A stretch of 64,000 bases of DNA from Candidatus Micrarchaeota archaeon (GTDB taxonomy: Archaea > Micrarchaeota > Micrarchaeia > Micrarchaeales > CABMGC01): the NCBI GenBank assembly GCA_027365725.1, contig DAHXMA010000011.1, positions 3,591 to 67,590 on the forward strand, written 5' to 3'. A program made the position numbers and the translations under genes. How positions within the stretch are numbered: the first letter of the stretch is position 1; the number at the start of each line of letters is the position of its first letter. Shown piece by piece: positions 9,640 to 18,848 of the stretch. The notes under the pieces are model-generated. The model did not search any database. It was not told the DNA's origin and was given only the letters and a program-made list of their open reading frames with translations.

Positions 9640-10871
9640 TATACGCAGACAACCTCTCCGGCTGCCTTGCAAGCAGGGTGCTGGGCAAGGTAAGGGGCAA
9701 GGCGCTCGTAAGGGCAGATATAAACGTGCCGGTCAAGGAAGGAAAGGTTAGCAGCAGCAACCTAAGATTCAAGGAGTTCGCGCGCAGCATTGAGGAGTAC
9801 TCAAGAAACGGCATAATACCGATTATAATAAGCCATCAGGGAAGGGCCGGGGATCCTGACTATCTTGAAAGCATGCAGCAGCATGCAGAGGTGCTTGGGC
9901 AGATTGCAAGGAATGTGAGGGTAAAATACTGCGACAGCCTTGGAGGCAGGGAGCTTGAGGACTATGTTGCAGGGCTGGTAGACGGCGATGCGCTCGTGCT
10001 TAAAAACATACGCAGCAGCGTAGACGAGAAGAGGAAGTATGAGTCCATATCTGAAATGTCTAAGTCCGGGCTCATTGCTTCCTTGTCCAAGGTTGCTGAT
10101 TTCTACATAAACGACGCCCCTGCAACCATGCACAGGCAGGATGCATCCCTGATGGGCTTCATACCGGTAATGCCTTCTTACATCGGCCTGCAGATGGAAA
10201 GGGAGCTGCGCATACTTGAGGAGATATACGGCCACCTCAAATCTGGAAAGAGGTCTGCCATAATATTCGGCGGTAAGAAATGGGAGAAATTTGATTACAT
10301 ATACGAGATTGCCAAAAACGAAAATGTCCGGATACTATGCGGCGGAGTGCCTGGGCAGTCGATAGCCTATGTCGGCAACAGGGGAAGCTTTGACCGGAAG
10401 AATGCAGAGTATATAGAAGGCACCGGAAGCCTTGATACGGCATCCAAGCTGGCTAGCGAATTTGGGGACAGGATCTTTGCGCCTGACGACTTCGTGCTCG
10501 AAGGAGGCAGATGCGCAACAATTTCGGAGCTAAGAGAGAGCGGTAGGACAATAGCGGACATAGGCGACGCAACCATAGGGCGCTTCTTTGGCGCCATAGA
10601 CACCTCTGAAATGATAATCTATGCAGGGCCGGTAGGAATGTACGAAAAGGGATATAACCAGACGCTTAGGCTGATAACTAGGTTTATGGGGGAAAAGGCC
10701 CTGAACTATACGTTTGGAGGAAATTCAGCAGACTCTATGGATGACATAGGGCTTGACAGGGCTTACGAGGCCCTTGGCGGAAAGCGCATAACAAGCGGAG
10801 GCTCCGCACTCGCATTCATAGCAGGGCACGAGCTTTCAGTGCTTAAGGCATTCCTTGAACAGGCACGATAA
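9636..10871 (+). CDS. pgk: phosphoglycerate kinase
   Basis: RADINVPV and ISHQGR motifs, about 410 aa. The GTG start overlaps the fbp stop (GTGA). Confidence 0.85.
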   Translation: MIYADNLSGCLASRVLGKVRGKALVRADINVPVKEGKVSSSNLRFKEFARSIEEYSRNGIIPIIISHQGRAGDPDYLESMQQHAEVLGQIARNVRVKYCDSLGGRELEDYVAGLVDGDALVLKNIRSSVDEKRKYESISEMSKSGLIASLSKVADFYINDAPATMHRQDASLMGFIPVMPSYIGLQMERELRILEEIYGHLKSGKRSAIIFGGKKWEKFDYIYEIAKNENVRILCGGVPGQSIAYVGNRGSFDRKNAEYIEGTGSLDTASKLASEFGDRIFAPDDFVLEGGRCATISELRESGRTIADIGDATIGRFFGAIDTSEMIIYAGPVGMYEKGYNQTLRLITRFMGEKALNYTFGGNSADSMDDIGLDRAYEALGGKRITSGGSALAFIAGHELSVLKAFLEQAR

Positions 10872-10885
10872 CCAGCCAGACGCGG

Positions 10886-11758
10886 TCACTCGCCGTCTGA
10901 GCGCTTGTTCATATCCTTCCTGTATTCGAATATGCGCGACCTTACAAAAGATGCGATATACTCTATGGAGCCGCGCACGTCCTTCTCCTGGAAGACTGGG
11001 GAAATGGTACATGTAGACTTTATCTCTACGTAGCCTGCGCAGTATGGCAAGTCTGAGAAGGAGAGATTGCGGATGAACTCTGCGCTCGGCCTTTTCCCAA
11101 GTATCTTGTAAATGTCATCTGCTATTTCCTCCTTCTTGGCGTTAAATGTGTTTTGTGCCTCGGCGAGCTCAATTCCAGACCTTATGGTGATTCTTGACAC
11201 GTATTCAAATACTCTTGATCCGTCACTGCGGTTTATGGCTGTTGAAGCCGTTCTTGGCACGCCGGAAACTATTTCGTCCCGGGCAGAGGGCATGGACATT
11301 TGCTCTGCCTTCGTCGCTTTCTTCGGCTGGACGTTGTCAGGCTGCTCCTGAACTTGACTAACGCTTTCGCCAAGCCCAGTCAGTATCCTTCTTGCATATG
11401 ACAGCTCATAGGTGTCTTCTGCCTTCTGTGCGACGATGGACAACAATGTTGCAACGTATTTTGCAGCGGGCTCGTTATCCGGGCTTGTGAAAAATAGTCT
11501 CTTGCCGCGAAGGTTTGGGCTGGTGAAATGGGCAATGCCCTGCAGCAGGGAATGATATTCATTGATTGCGGTTTTTATGTCGTTGCCCTCGAGTGCGCGC
11601 CTTCCCGACTCTATGCATTCCATCACTCCTTTTCTATGCCACAATTCCGCAGGTACGGGAGGCAGCCTTAACGCATGCTCGTCCTTCCTTAGTATGGATG
11701 CCCATACCGTGTGGAAATCTGACCTTTGCGCAGTTGGCTTTGGCGCTACTTCTTTCAT
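10886..11758 (-). CDS. hypothetical protein
   Basis: Long ORF with coding-like composition and no family recognised. ATG 11758 (MKEVAPKP) is preferred over the longer track ORF, which starts in the promoter region next to tRNA-Phe. Confidence 0.5.
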   Translation of the reverse strand: MKEVAPKPTAQRSDFHTVWASILRKDEHALRLPPVPAELWHRKGVMECIESGRRALEGNDIKTAINEYHSLLQGIAHFTSPNLRGKRLFFTSPDNEPAAKYVATLLSIVAQKAEDTYELSYARRILTGLGESVSQVQEQPDNVQPKKATKAEQMSMPSARDEIVSGVPRTASTAINRSDGSRVFEYVSRITIRSGIELAEAQNTFNAKKEEIADDIYKILGKRPSAEFIRNLSFSDLPYCAGYVEIKSTCTISPVFQEKDVRGSIEYIASFVRSRIFEYRKDMNKRSDGE

Positions 11759-11888
11759 GAAGCAGTAGGTGAGAATGAACGTTATTAAACTTTTTCTGCT
11801 AATTTGGCTGATGGAATGCGCAGGGAGTGCGCCTTTAGGTGGACAAAGGTTTATATAAAACGGCACTGGAATTGTTCTGCTGTAATGC

Positions 11889-11962
11889 GCCGCAGTAACT
11901 CAGTCTGGGAGAGTGTCCGGCTGAAGACCGGAATGTCGTCGGTTCAAATCCGACCTGCGGCA
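11889..11962 (+). tRNA. tRNA-Phe (GAA)
   Basis: Manual cloverleaf: acceptor GCCGCAG/CTGCGGC, D arm ACTC-AGTCTGGGA-GAGT, anticodon arm TCCGG-CTGAAGA-CCGGA, T arm GTCGG-TTCAAAT-CCGAC, discriminator A. No encoded CCA. Confidence 0.9.
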
Positions 11963-12195
11963 AATTACCGACTATGATTTGTTAAGGGGCCGTGGGGTGG
12001 CTTTGCCTGCTCTGCTTATATGAAACGTGCCGGTTTGCGCTTAGGCCAGTGATTAAAAAGGCATGCGCCGCAGCTTAAGGCAGCGTATATATAACTGTGC
12101 CACAACATCTATTTTGTTGGTGCATGCAGCTGTACGCAAGCCGCCAGAGTTTGGCGCGTCTTGCAGGGATGCGCCCTGGCATTGCCTGAGTAAAA

Positions 12196-12981
12196 GTGGC
12201 ATGGATGACCGTACCTAGGATAAAGGAAAAGCACAAATTGAAGCCCATGTTCAGCGTTGGCTTCCTGATGAGGTCACTTCCGCAAGGCCTCAAGCTGCCT
12301 GGCAGTGCAATTGTAATATATGCAAACAGCATTGAAGAGCTTTTTGCCAGCAAGCTTGATTTGGAGAGGATGAAAGACCTGGAAGAAGCCATAGTCAACT
12401 ACAACACGCTGTCCATATATAAGTCCAGAAAATACGACCTGATTGTAATAAGGCTTGCGATAGGCGCGCCGCTTACGGCCATGATCGCGGAAGATATTAT
12501 AAGGCTTGGGGTTAAACGGCTGCTGATAATCGGCGAAGCCGGAGGCATAAACCAGGCCCTCTCTCCGGGCAATATAGTGCTGTGCACTAAGGCTATGAGG
12601 GACACTGGCACCTCTGAACATTATCTTGGGAAGGGGAAGTACGTGAATACTGATAAATGGCTTACTAAGAGCATGAAGAAGGCACTTGGTAAGGAGGGAA
12701 TAGAATTCGTTTCTGGCGCTACATGGAGCATAGATGCGCCCTATACTGAGACCAGGGAAGAGGTTGAGAATTACAGCAAGGCAGGCATAATGACTGTGGA
12801 GATGGAATCTGCAGGGCTTTTTGCAGTGGCTATGAAAAGGGGCGTGCAGGCTTCTGCCGTATTCATAGTATCCGATGTACTTAGGCTTGACTCTGGATGG
12901 AGCGGCTTTGACAGCGGGGAGGCATACGCAAAAGGCTTTGCAAAGCTGCCGAAGATAGCTGAGGTTTTCGCTTCGCTATAG
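12196..12981 (+). CDS. nucleoside phosphorylase family protein (PNP/UDP_1 superfamily)
   Basis: LLIIGEAGGINQAL, MRDTGTSEHY and the MTVEMESAGLFAVA motif are typical of purine/uridine/MTA phosphorylase family 1. The exact start is uncertain. Confidence 0.7.
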   Translation: MAWMTVPRIKEKHKLKPMFSVGFLMRSLPQGLKLPGSAIVIYANSIEELFASKLDLERMKDLEEAIVNYNTLSIYKSRKYDLIVIRLAIGAPLTAMIAEDIIRLGVKRLLIIGEAGGINQALSPGNIVLCTKAMRDTGTSEHYLGKGKYVNTDKWLTKSMKKALGKEGIEFVSGATWSIDAPYTETREEVENYSKAGIMTVEMESAGLFAVAMKRGVQASAVFIVSDVLRLDSGWSGFDSGEAYAKGFAKLPKIAEVFASL

Positions 12982-13015
12982 GATGCGCATAAATTGGCAT
13001 TTTATACTATAGGCT

Positions 13016-13831
13016 ATGTCTCGCATGTCTCAAATGTGGATGGAAGAGTGTTTGGCAATGGAGGAAGAGAAAATAAGGATACCGTCATCGTTTGGCAAAC
13101 TTTCTGCAGTAATAAATTACAATGGCAAGAAGGAGGGCAAGCTTGCAATATTATGCCCTGGGTATTTGAATTCGAAGGACTATGAAGATTTGGCAGGGCT
13201 TGCTCTGGCCCTAGCTGAGCACGGCTATACTGCAATAAGATTTAATCCGACTGGGACATGGGACAGCGAAGGAGACATTTCACAATACAATTCCACGCAA
13301 TACCTTAAGGATATAGGAAACGTATTGGACTACATGCTAGGGCTGTCGCATTTCAAGAGAATACTTATCGGGGGGCACAGCAGAGGAGGCGATATTTCAT
13401 TGATATATGCTGCACGTGACAGCCGCGTTTCTTGCGCAGTGGCAATAATGCCAGGATCAAAACGGGCAACACTTCAGGCCAAAAATGATGATTGGGAGAA
13501 AACTGGTTTTCAGAAATCTTACAGGGATATTCCAGGGCAAAAGGATAAAAATGTGCAATTTGATGTGCCGCTTTCGCAACTAGAGGACTATCTCAAATAT
13601 GATGTAGAGAAGGAAGTAGGTAAAGTACATGTGCCTGTTATATTCATTGCTGGTGAATTGGACAGTGTATGCCCTGTGGGAACAATAAGGGAGATATTTA
13701 ACAGGTCCAATGAACCAAAGAGATTTGCCATAATTCCTGGGGTGGGGCATGACTACAGGCGCAATGCAAACGAAGTCAGGATGGTTAATGCTGCAGTTAT
13801 AAGGCTGATGGATGAATTAGGCATTCTATGA
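13016..13831 (+). CDS. alpha/beta-fold hydrolase
   Basis: Nucleophile elbow GGHSRGG and C-terminal GVGHDY (catalytic His region). The start is ambiguous among several N-terminal Met codons. Confidence 0.65.
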   Translation: MSRMSQMWMEECLAMEEEKIRIPSSFGKLSAVINYNGKKEGKLAILCPGYLNSKDYEDLAGLALALAEHGYTAIRFNPTGTWDSEGDISQYNSTQYLKDIGNVLDYMLGLSHFKRILIGGHSRGGDISLIYAARDSRVSCAVAIMPGSKRATLQAKNDDWEKTGFQKSYRDIPGQKDKNVQFDVPLSQLEDYLKYDVEKEVGKVHVPVIFIAGELDSVCPVGTIREIFNRSNEPKRFAIIPGVGHDYRRNANEVRMVNAAVIRLMDELGIL

Positions 13832-13909
13832 TAAGGATAATATTAATGGTATAGGACTTGAATAACACAGGTTTTATAAATTTGCAGTCATAATGCAGTA
13901 GGCCGATTT

Positions 13910-14989
13910 ATGGCAATTGTTGAGGTAAAGGCGCCGTCCAATATAAAAATATCCGGAGAGCATTCGGTAGTCTATGACGGGCCATGCCTTTCTGCTGCAA
14001 TACCGTTATATGCAACCGCGTCTGTTAATGATGCAGATACAGGAAAATTAGCCATTGTGCTTGAGGACTTGGGCGTTTCAGCCTCGTTTGACGGCCCAGC
14101 GCTAAGGAGTTTGTACGCAGAATACGGCAAGAGGAGCACTGCTCCAAAAGCAGCAGGGGATACTTCCCCTACGGATTTAGTCAGATATATAGATGGGCAC
14201 GGCGAGATTAAGAGGGAGGTTTTGCCGTATGCCACTATTGCTGCAAGGATGCTAGTAGAGTATGGCATCGATGCGCTAGGTAAGGAAGTGCTTATCCATT
14301 CTGAAGTTCCCATAGGAAAAGGGTATGCAAGCAGCGCTGTATGCTCTACCGCTTTCACCGCCGTGCTTTTGAAAGCCACAGGCAGCAAGCTGGATGACCA
14401 GACTACTATTGATATTTCCCGCGACGGCGAAAGAATTGTGCACAGGATAGAAACCGGCGGAAGAATAGACGCAGGGCCCGTGTATTTTGGCGGATATGTG
14501 ACTTATAGCAAAGATGAAGGCATAAGGCGGCAGGATATTCCAGCCGCTATAAATGTGGTAGTTATGGATACAGGCCTAAAACCGCCGACATCCAAAATGG
14601 TCCAAAAAGTTAGAGATAGGCGCGCAGCTGACCAGGCCGGCACGGATAAGATACTTAGGGCAATAGACTCATGCGTCTTGCAAGGGCTTACGGCCTTGAA
14701 AATGGAAAATTTTGAGGAGCTAGGAAGGCAAATGACAAGAAACCACGAGCTTCTTAGAGAACTGGGTGTCTCATCTGAAGGATTGGATATGGCCGTTAAA
14801 TTGGCAACTTCCAGTGGCGCCCTTGGAGCAAAGCTTTGCGGAGGTGGCGGAGGCGGGATGGGCATTGCATTGGTAAAGGATAGCGCAACTTCTAAAACAG
14901 TAATAAGCTCCCTTGTAGAACACGGGTTTGACGGATTCAGCACAAAGGTAACCCTAAACGGCGCAAAGTACTTTTTAAAGAATGGCTAG
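13910..14989 (+). CDS. mvk: mevalonate kinase (GHMP kinase)
   Basis: N-terminal APSNIKISGEHSVVYDGPCLSAAI, GHMP motif PIGKGYASSAV, and C-terminal Gly-rich KLCGGGGGG. Confidence 0.8.
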   Translation: MAIVEVKAPSNIKISGEHSVVYDGPCLSAAIPLYATASVNDADTGKLAIVLEDLGVSASFDGPALRSLYAEYGKRSTAPKAAGDTSPTDLVRYIDGHGEIKREVLPYATIAARMLVEYGIDALGKEVLIHSEVPIGKGYASSAVCSTAFTAVLLKATGSKLDDQTTIDISRDGERIVHRIETGGRIDAGPVYFGGYVTYSKDEGIRRQDIPAAINVVVMDTGLKPPTSKMVQKVRDRRAADQAGTDKILRAIDSCVLQGLTALKMENFEELGRQMTRNHELLRELGVSSEGLDMAVKLATSSGALGAKLCGGGGGGMGIALVKDSATSKTVISSLVEHGFDGFSTKVTLNGAKYFLKNG

Positions 14990-15107
14990 GTATAAAGTCT
15001 TGGCTTTTTTAGAATATGAGGGCTGTCTGGGCCTAAGGCATTAGAAACGGATAAATCTTCATTGGTTGAATCAGAGATTTGGGCCTGCCTGATTGGTGAA
15101 TCAAAAA

Positions 15108-15180
15108 TGCGAGTGCCGGGATTTGAACCCGGGCTCTTGACTTGGCAAGCCAAAGTCCTACCAGGCTAGACTACACTCGC
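15108..15180 (-). tRNA. tRNA-Gly (GCC)
   Basis: Reverse complement folds as acceptor GCGAGTG/CACTCGC, anticodon arm TTGGC-TTGCCAA-GTCAA, T arm CCGGG-TTCAAAT-CCCGG, discriminator A. No CCA. Confidence 0.9.
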
Positions 15181-15316
15181 ATTTAAGCTAGGATATAGCA
15201 ATTTATGTATTTAATAATTTTGTGATTTGCATCCCGGACTGCAGGTATGCCACTAAAAAGCTGCACTTGCGGCATTGCACCTGCGCATTTGAAGCGCCGA
15301 GGTTGTGCATGCTGCA

Positions 15317-15481
15317 TTAGAACGTTACTGGAGTGCACGTGGTTGCACAGTTAGGGCAGTGGTTTGTGTTGTTATCCCCGGGTATCGTGCAGGTCCAGCA
15401 CAGGTATCCGCCGCAACCGTCACAATAAAATGAAGGCCCGCTGAGCACCTTTGCACATGACATGCATTTTGTTTCGGACAT
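15317..15481 (-). CDS. small Cys-rich zinc-ribbon protein
   Basis: 54 aa: MSETKCMSCAKVLSGPSFYCDGCGGYLCWTCTIPGDNNTNHCPNCATTC, with several CxxC pairs. The internal ATG is preferred over the 83-aa track ORF. Confidence 0.5.
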   Translation of the reverse strand: MSETKCMSCAKVLSGPSFYCDGCGGYLCWTCTIPGDNNTNHCPNCATTCTPVTF

Positions 15482-15660
15482 ATTATACGCTATATTATAG
15501 TGCAGTATTTGATATATAAAACTGCATTGCTTGAATGACGCCTGCCCCGGAGTAGGAATTGAGTTCAAAAAGCCTAAAATGCGGTGTATTCATACCAAGT
15601 AATTTAAATTTATATGCTAGATATATTTAGGTATAGCGATTATGCTTGGGTTGTGTATTT

Positions 15661-16398
15661 ATGCTGGATCTTCTGCTTAGCTCTGTTCTTGTCAACGCCA
15701 CGGTAAACCCTTCAAGCATAGTCACCGCAGGCTCAATATACACAGAGAACACTGTCACCGTGCTAATAGAGATACTTGTAGTGCTTGCAATATCAATGCA
15801 GATTGCGCGCGGATACTTTCTAAGGGTGCTCAGGAAATTCACGCTAAGGCTTGCAGCGGATATATGGTGGCTACTTTTCGTCATACTGCGTGACGCAAGC
15901 ATATTCCTTGTGCTGTTTCTTGGGGTAAGCCTTTTCTGGCCTGGCGCTTACCAGGATTATCCTGTTGCAGTGCCGTTCCAGCTCCTTGCAATAGATTTCT
16001 TCGCATTTGCGCTGGTGCTTATACTGGTAAAGGATACGGACGAGGAGCCTAAATGGAACAATATACTCACATGGCTTGTGCTAATAGGAGGAATGCTTTA
16101 CATGTTTGGCACGGTTTTCGTCACCGAAAGCGCGGTGGCGCTTGCTGTGCTTCCGCCAACAGTGTCCCTTAGCGCAAGCAATCCGTGGGGATTCATGAAC
16201 ACATACTTCAACTCTGAGAACGACCCTGCCCTGAGCATATACTCGTTCTATGTATGCCTGGCGCTGCTGGTGATAGCCGGCGGGATAGCGGTTTCTGCTT
16301 CGTTTACCAGGGCGGCTAACGAGCCAAAGCAGGAAATACGTGTGCAGCCAAATCCCATTATAAAACAGCCGGCTCCTCCCACCCAGCAGGGCAAGTGA
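15661..16398 (+). CDS. polytopic membrane protein, unknown family
   Basis: At least 6 hydrophobic helices and a Pro/Gln-rich C-terminal tail. ATG 15661 is preferred over TTG 15646. Confidence 0.6.
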   Translation: MLDLLLSSVLVNATVNPSSIVTAGSIYTENTVTVLIEILVVLAISMQIARGYFLRVLRKFTLRLAADIWWLLFVILRDASIFLVLFLGVSLFWPGAYQDYPVAVPFQLLAIDFFAFALVLILVKDTDEEPKWNNILTWLVLIGGMLYMFGTVFVTESAVALAVLPPTVSLSASNPWGFMNTYFNSENDPALSIYSFYVCLALLVIAGGIAVSASFTRAANEPKQEIRVQPNPIIKQPAPPTQQGK

Positions 16399-16408
16399 CA
16401 GTGATATA

Positions 16409-16852
16409 GTGCCATACAAATTCTCATTTGACAATGAAGTATGCATACAGTGCGGAATGTGCGGAGATGTGTGCCCGGTGAATACCCTTGACTTCACAAG
16501 GCCGATTCATAAGAACGTTGAAGATGACAGGGAGACTTCTGATAATGCAGAGGACATGACGGAATATCCTATACAGGTAAACAAGTGCATCGGCTGCCTT
16601 ATATGCCAGGAAGAGTGCCCTGTGTCCTGCATAACAATACTTAAAGTTGATTCCGAGCCCAAATATTTCCCTGTCCAGGGGCCTAAGGTCACCGAGGAGC
16701 CGACAAAGGACACGTTTGAGCTTTCCAAATACACTAAATTGCGGCCTACAAAGGTAAAGGTAAAGGATCCTTGGGGCCATGAATATATCTATAGGCCCAA
16801 GAGGAGGAAATCTGCCACAGAGACCTGGGAGGGAATGGACAGGCAGCAGTAA
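16409..16852 (+). CDS. 2x[4Fe-4S] ferredoxin-domain protein with C-terminal extension
   Basis: Two CxxCxxCxxxCP motifs (CIQCGMCGDVCP, CIGCLICQEECP). A GTG start is required to keep the first cluster. There is a C-terminal Lys/Pro-rich extension of about 70 aa. Confidence 0.75.
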   Translation: MPYKFSFDNEVCIQCGMCGDVCPVNTLDFTRPIHKNVEDDRETSDNAEDMTEYPIQVNKCIGCLICQEECPVSCITILKVDSEPKYFPVQGPKVTEEPTKDTFELSKYTKLRPTKVKVKDPWGHEYIYRPKRRKSATETWEGMDRQQ

Positions 16853-16863
16853 TGCAGCGCGGC

Positions 16864-18189
16864 TTAGCCGAATCCTTCTATCGTCTTCCTGTAGGCGCTT
16901 GCTATGAGGTCGCTGGTGTTTGACGCATAGCATGCCTTTGCAATGCCTCTTGCACTATCGCCCATGTAGTTTGCAAGCTTCTCGTCCATTATCAGATTGT
17001 CGATCCTTTCTGCAAGGTCCCTGTATTTGCCTGGAGCAAAGGTGAATCCGTTCAGGCCATTCATTATCAGTTCGGATACTCCGGCTCCTTCGCTTACTAT
17101 TGCAGGAGTCCCGTAAAGCCACGATTCTACAACGACAAGCCCAAAGCCTTCGATCTTTGAAGGCAGCACAAATAAGTCTGCCCTGGAATATGCGCACTCT
17201 AGGTCCTCGTGGCCAAGGTTGCCTGCAAATATGACCCTGTCTTCGACCCCTAGCCTTCTTGCTATTGACCTGAGCCTGTGCGTCCATATCCTGCCCTTCG
17301 GATGCCCAAGCTCTTTGCTGGTGAAGCTGCTGCCCCCTACAAGCATTAGCCTTGCGCGCTTATCCTTTACCAATGCAAAAGCCTTTATCAAATCATCCTG
17401 TGACTTTATCATGTCCATCCGAGCAACGTTCAGTATAAGGAAGTGCTCGTCCTTTATTCCGAACCTGTGCTCAAATGAGCTGCGCCTTGCCTTCCCTGGC
17501 TTACGCCACAGAGTATTGTCTATATGCGGGTATATCTGATACGCGCTGCCCTTGAAGCCGGCCTTAATAAGGCCTTCAAGGTCCCTTTTTGTGCTGACTA
17601 TTACCGCATCGTTGCCTTCCATGCCGTTGACTATGAATTTTCTTATCTTGCTGTTAAGCAGCTCTGGCATGAACGGGGCATGCCAGCGCAGTATTGAGGG
17701 GAATGCAGGCCCAAGCATCGCGCCGAGCAGGAGCTGCTGGAAATCGTGTATCTCGAACAGGTCTATCTTTTCTGTGTCGTGAAGGATTATGCTGGCAAGC
17801 TTTGAATTGTATCTGAAGTATCCCAGGTATTCCTCAACGGTAAAATCATCTGACCTTATGTTGTGGATGCCCTTCCAGACCTTTTCTTTGAACTCGGTAT
17901 ATAGCTTGCTATTACCCTCTTCCATGTACACGCTCACGGATTTCACCCCCTCTGAGAGCTCTATGCTCTTTGGCGCTCCGGGATTGAGGGAAAACCATGT
18001 AGCATTGCTGACAAATCCTCTTCGCATGAGCTCGTTGAGTTCTGAAGTTATTAGGGGAGCTACTCCGCCTACGGTATTGGAATACTCATCTTTGCTTAGG
18101 TCGGACAGTTTTAGCCTGTCTCCATAGTGGTTTGCAATAAGCCTTACGGGAGGGGTCTGTGAAACTATGCCTACGCTTATCTTATTCAT
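16864..18189 (-). CDS. GT4-family glycosyltransferase (TreT/sucrose-synthase-like layout)
   Basis: C-terminal GT-B signature VLPSKIEGFGLVVVESWLYGTPAIVSEGAGVSELI and mid-region NVARMDMIKS. Overall order resembles trehalose glycosyltransferring synthases, but specificity is not determinable. Confidence 0.65.
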   Translation of the reverse strand: MNKISVGIVSQTPPVRLIANHYGDRLKLSDLSKDEYSNTVGGVAPLITSELNELMRRGFVSNATWFSLNPGAPKSIELSEGVKSVSVYMEEGNSKLYTEFKEKVWKGIHNIRSDDFTVEEYLGYFRYNSKLASIILHDTEKIDLFEIHDFQQLLLGAMLGPAFPSILRWHAPFMPELLNSKIRKFIVNGMEGNDAVIVSTKRDLEGLIKAGFKGSAYQIYPHIDNTLWRKPGKARRSSFEHRFGIKDEHFLILNVARMDMIKSQDDLIKAFALVKDKRARLMLVGGSSFTSKELGHPKGRIWTHRLRSIARRLGVEDRVIFAGNLGHEDLECAYSRADLFVLPSKIEGFGLVVVESWLYGTPAIVSEGAGVSELIMNGLNGFTFAPGKYRDLAERIDNLIMDEKLANYMGDSARGIAKACYASNTSDLIASAYRKTIEGFG

Positions 18190-18198
18190 AATGCATGG

Positions 18199-18564
18199 TC
18201 ACCTGCTTGACTTTGGAGTATACCTAAGACACAATGTCGATGGGCTTGATTTGCGTATCTCTTCCAGGTTATCCTCATTGTCATCTATCATTAGGCTTAT
18301 TTTGTGCTTTATGCACAGCTTCGCCTTTCCCTGGGGTATTGGGTCCAGGGCGAAAAATAACCCGTCATGCCTTATGCCCCAGGCATTGAGTTTTTCTTCT
18401 TTGGTTTTCCTTTCATCGTCAATGAATGGCTCTGTCTGCCTGTCGCACGAGGATATTATGTATATTTTGTCGTTGGGGCTTAGTGTGGATGAGAAATTCT
18501 TGAATAGTTCCGGGTCATCGGCTATTGTGTCGTCGAAGTCTATGCCTATGTTCATGTTGCTCAT
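18199..18564 (-). CDS. small HAD-superfamily hydrolase-like protein
   Basis: N-terminal DxDxT motif (IGIDFDDTIADD) and a later MIDDNEDN acidic motif. 121 aa. Confidence 0.55.
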   Translation of the reverse strand: MSNMNIGIDFDDTIADDPELFKNFSSTLSPNDKIYIISSCDRQTEPFIDDERKTKEEKLNAWGIRHDGLFFALDPIPQGKAKLCIKHKISLMIDDNEDNLEEIRKSSPSTLCLRYTPKSSR

Positions 18565-18601
18565 TTAACGTATAATATGACGCGCTATGTTAAAAAGCAT
18601 G

Positions 18602-18623
18602 GCGTTGGCAGGTCTGCCAACGC
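18602..18623 (-). terminator. perfect 10-bp-stem hairpin downstream of the DUF1059-like ORF
   Basis: GCGTTGGCAG-GT-CTGCCAACGC. On the minus strand it is preceded by a T7 run and followed by CTTTTT. It sits between the stop at 18633 and the next gene. Confidence 0.35.
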
Positions 18624-18632
18624 ACAAAAAAA

Positions 18633-18806
18633 CTACTGCGCTTCACGTATGTTTGCGCGTATCTTTGCCCTGGTTTCTTCTCCTCTTTGCATGTTGTGGG
18701 CAGATGCTGCATGTTCTTCAGCTTTTGCCAGAACTTCTTCCTCTGTTTCAGCCTGTGCGCTGAAAGGGCATTCCTGGCCAAGGCTCCTGCACTCAAATCT
18801 TTTCAT
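18633..18806 (-). CDS. small metal-binding-like protein (DUF1059-like), 57 aa
   Basis: Not in the ORF track because it is under 60 aa. Translation: MKRFECRSLGQECPFSAQAETEEEVLAKAEEHAASAHNMQRGEETRAKIRANIREAQ. This fits the DUF1059 pattern (K-x-x-C-x-D/S-x-G-x-x-C-x-F, then EEEvl..a..HA...H). Confidence 0.6.
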   Translation of the reverse strand: MKRFECRSLGQECPFSAQAETEEEVLAKAEEHAASAHNMQRGEETRAKIRANIREAQ

Positions 18807-18848
18807 TAAATCACATAGGTTTTATGCAGGCGGAGCATATATTGATTG

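Noticed and set aside
11986-12060. tRNA-like 5' string GGGCCGTGGGGTGGC downstream of tRNA-Phe
   Set aside because: No complementary acceptor 3' strand, no T arm (GTTCRAAT) and no anticodon stem could be found, so it is not a tRNA or an obvious tRNA half.
18590-18796. 68-aa minus-strand track ORF
   Set aside because: A different frame of the same strand (18806-18633) gives a DUF1059-like product with a proper ATG and terminator. The 68-aa frame is basic junk.
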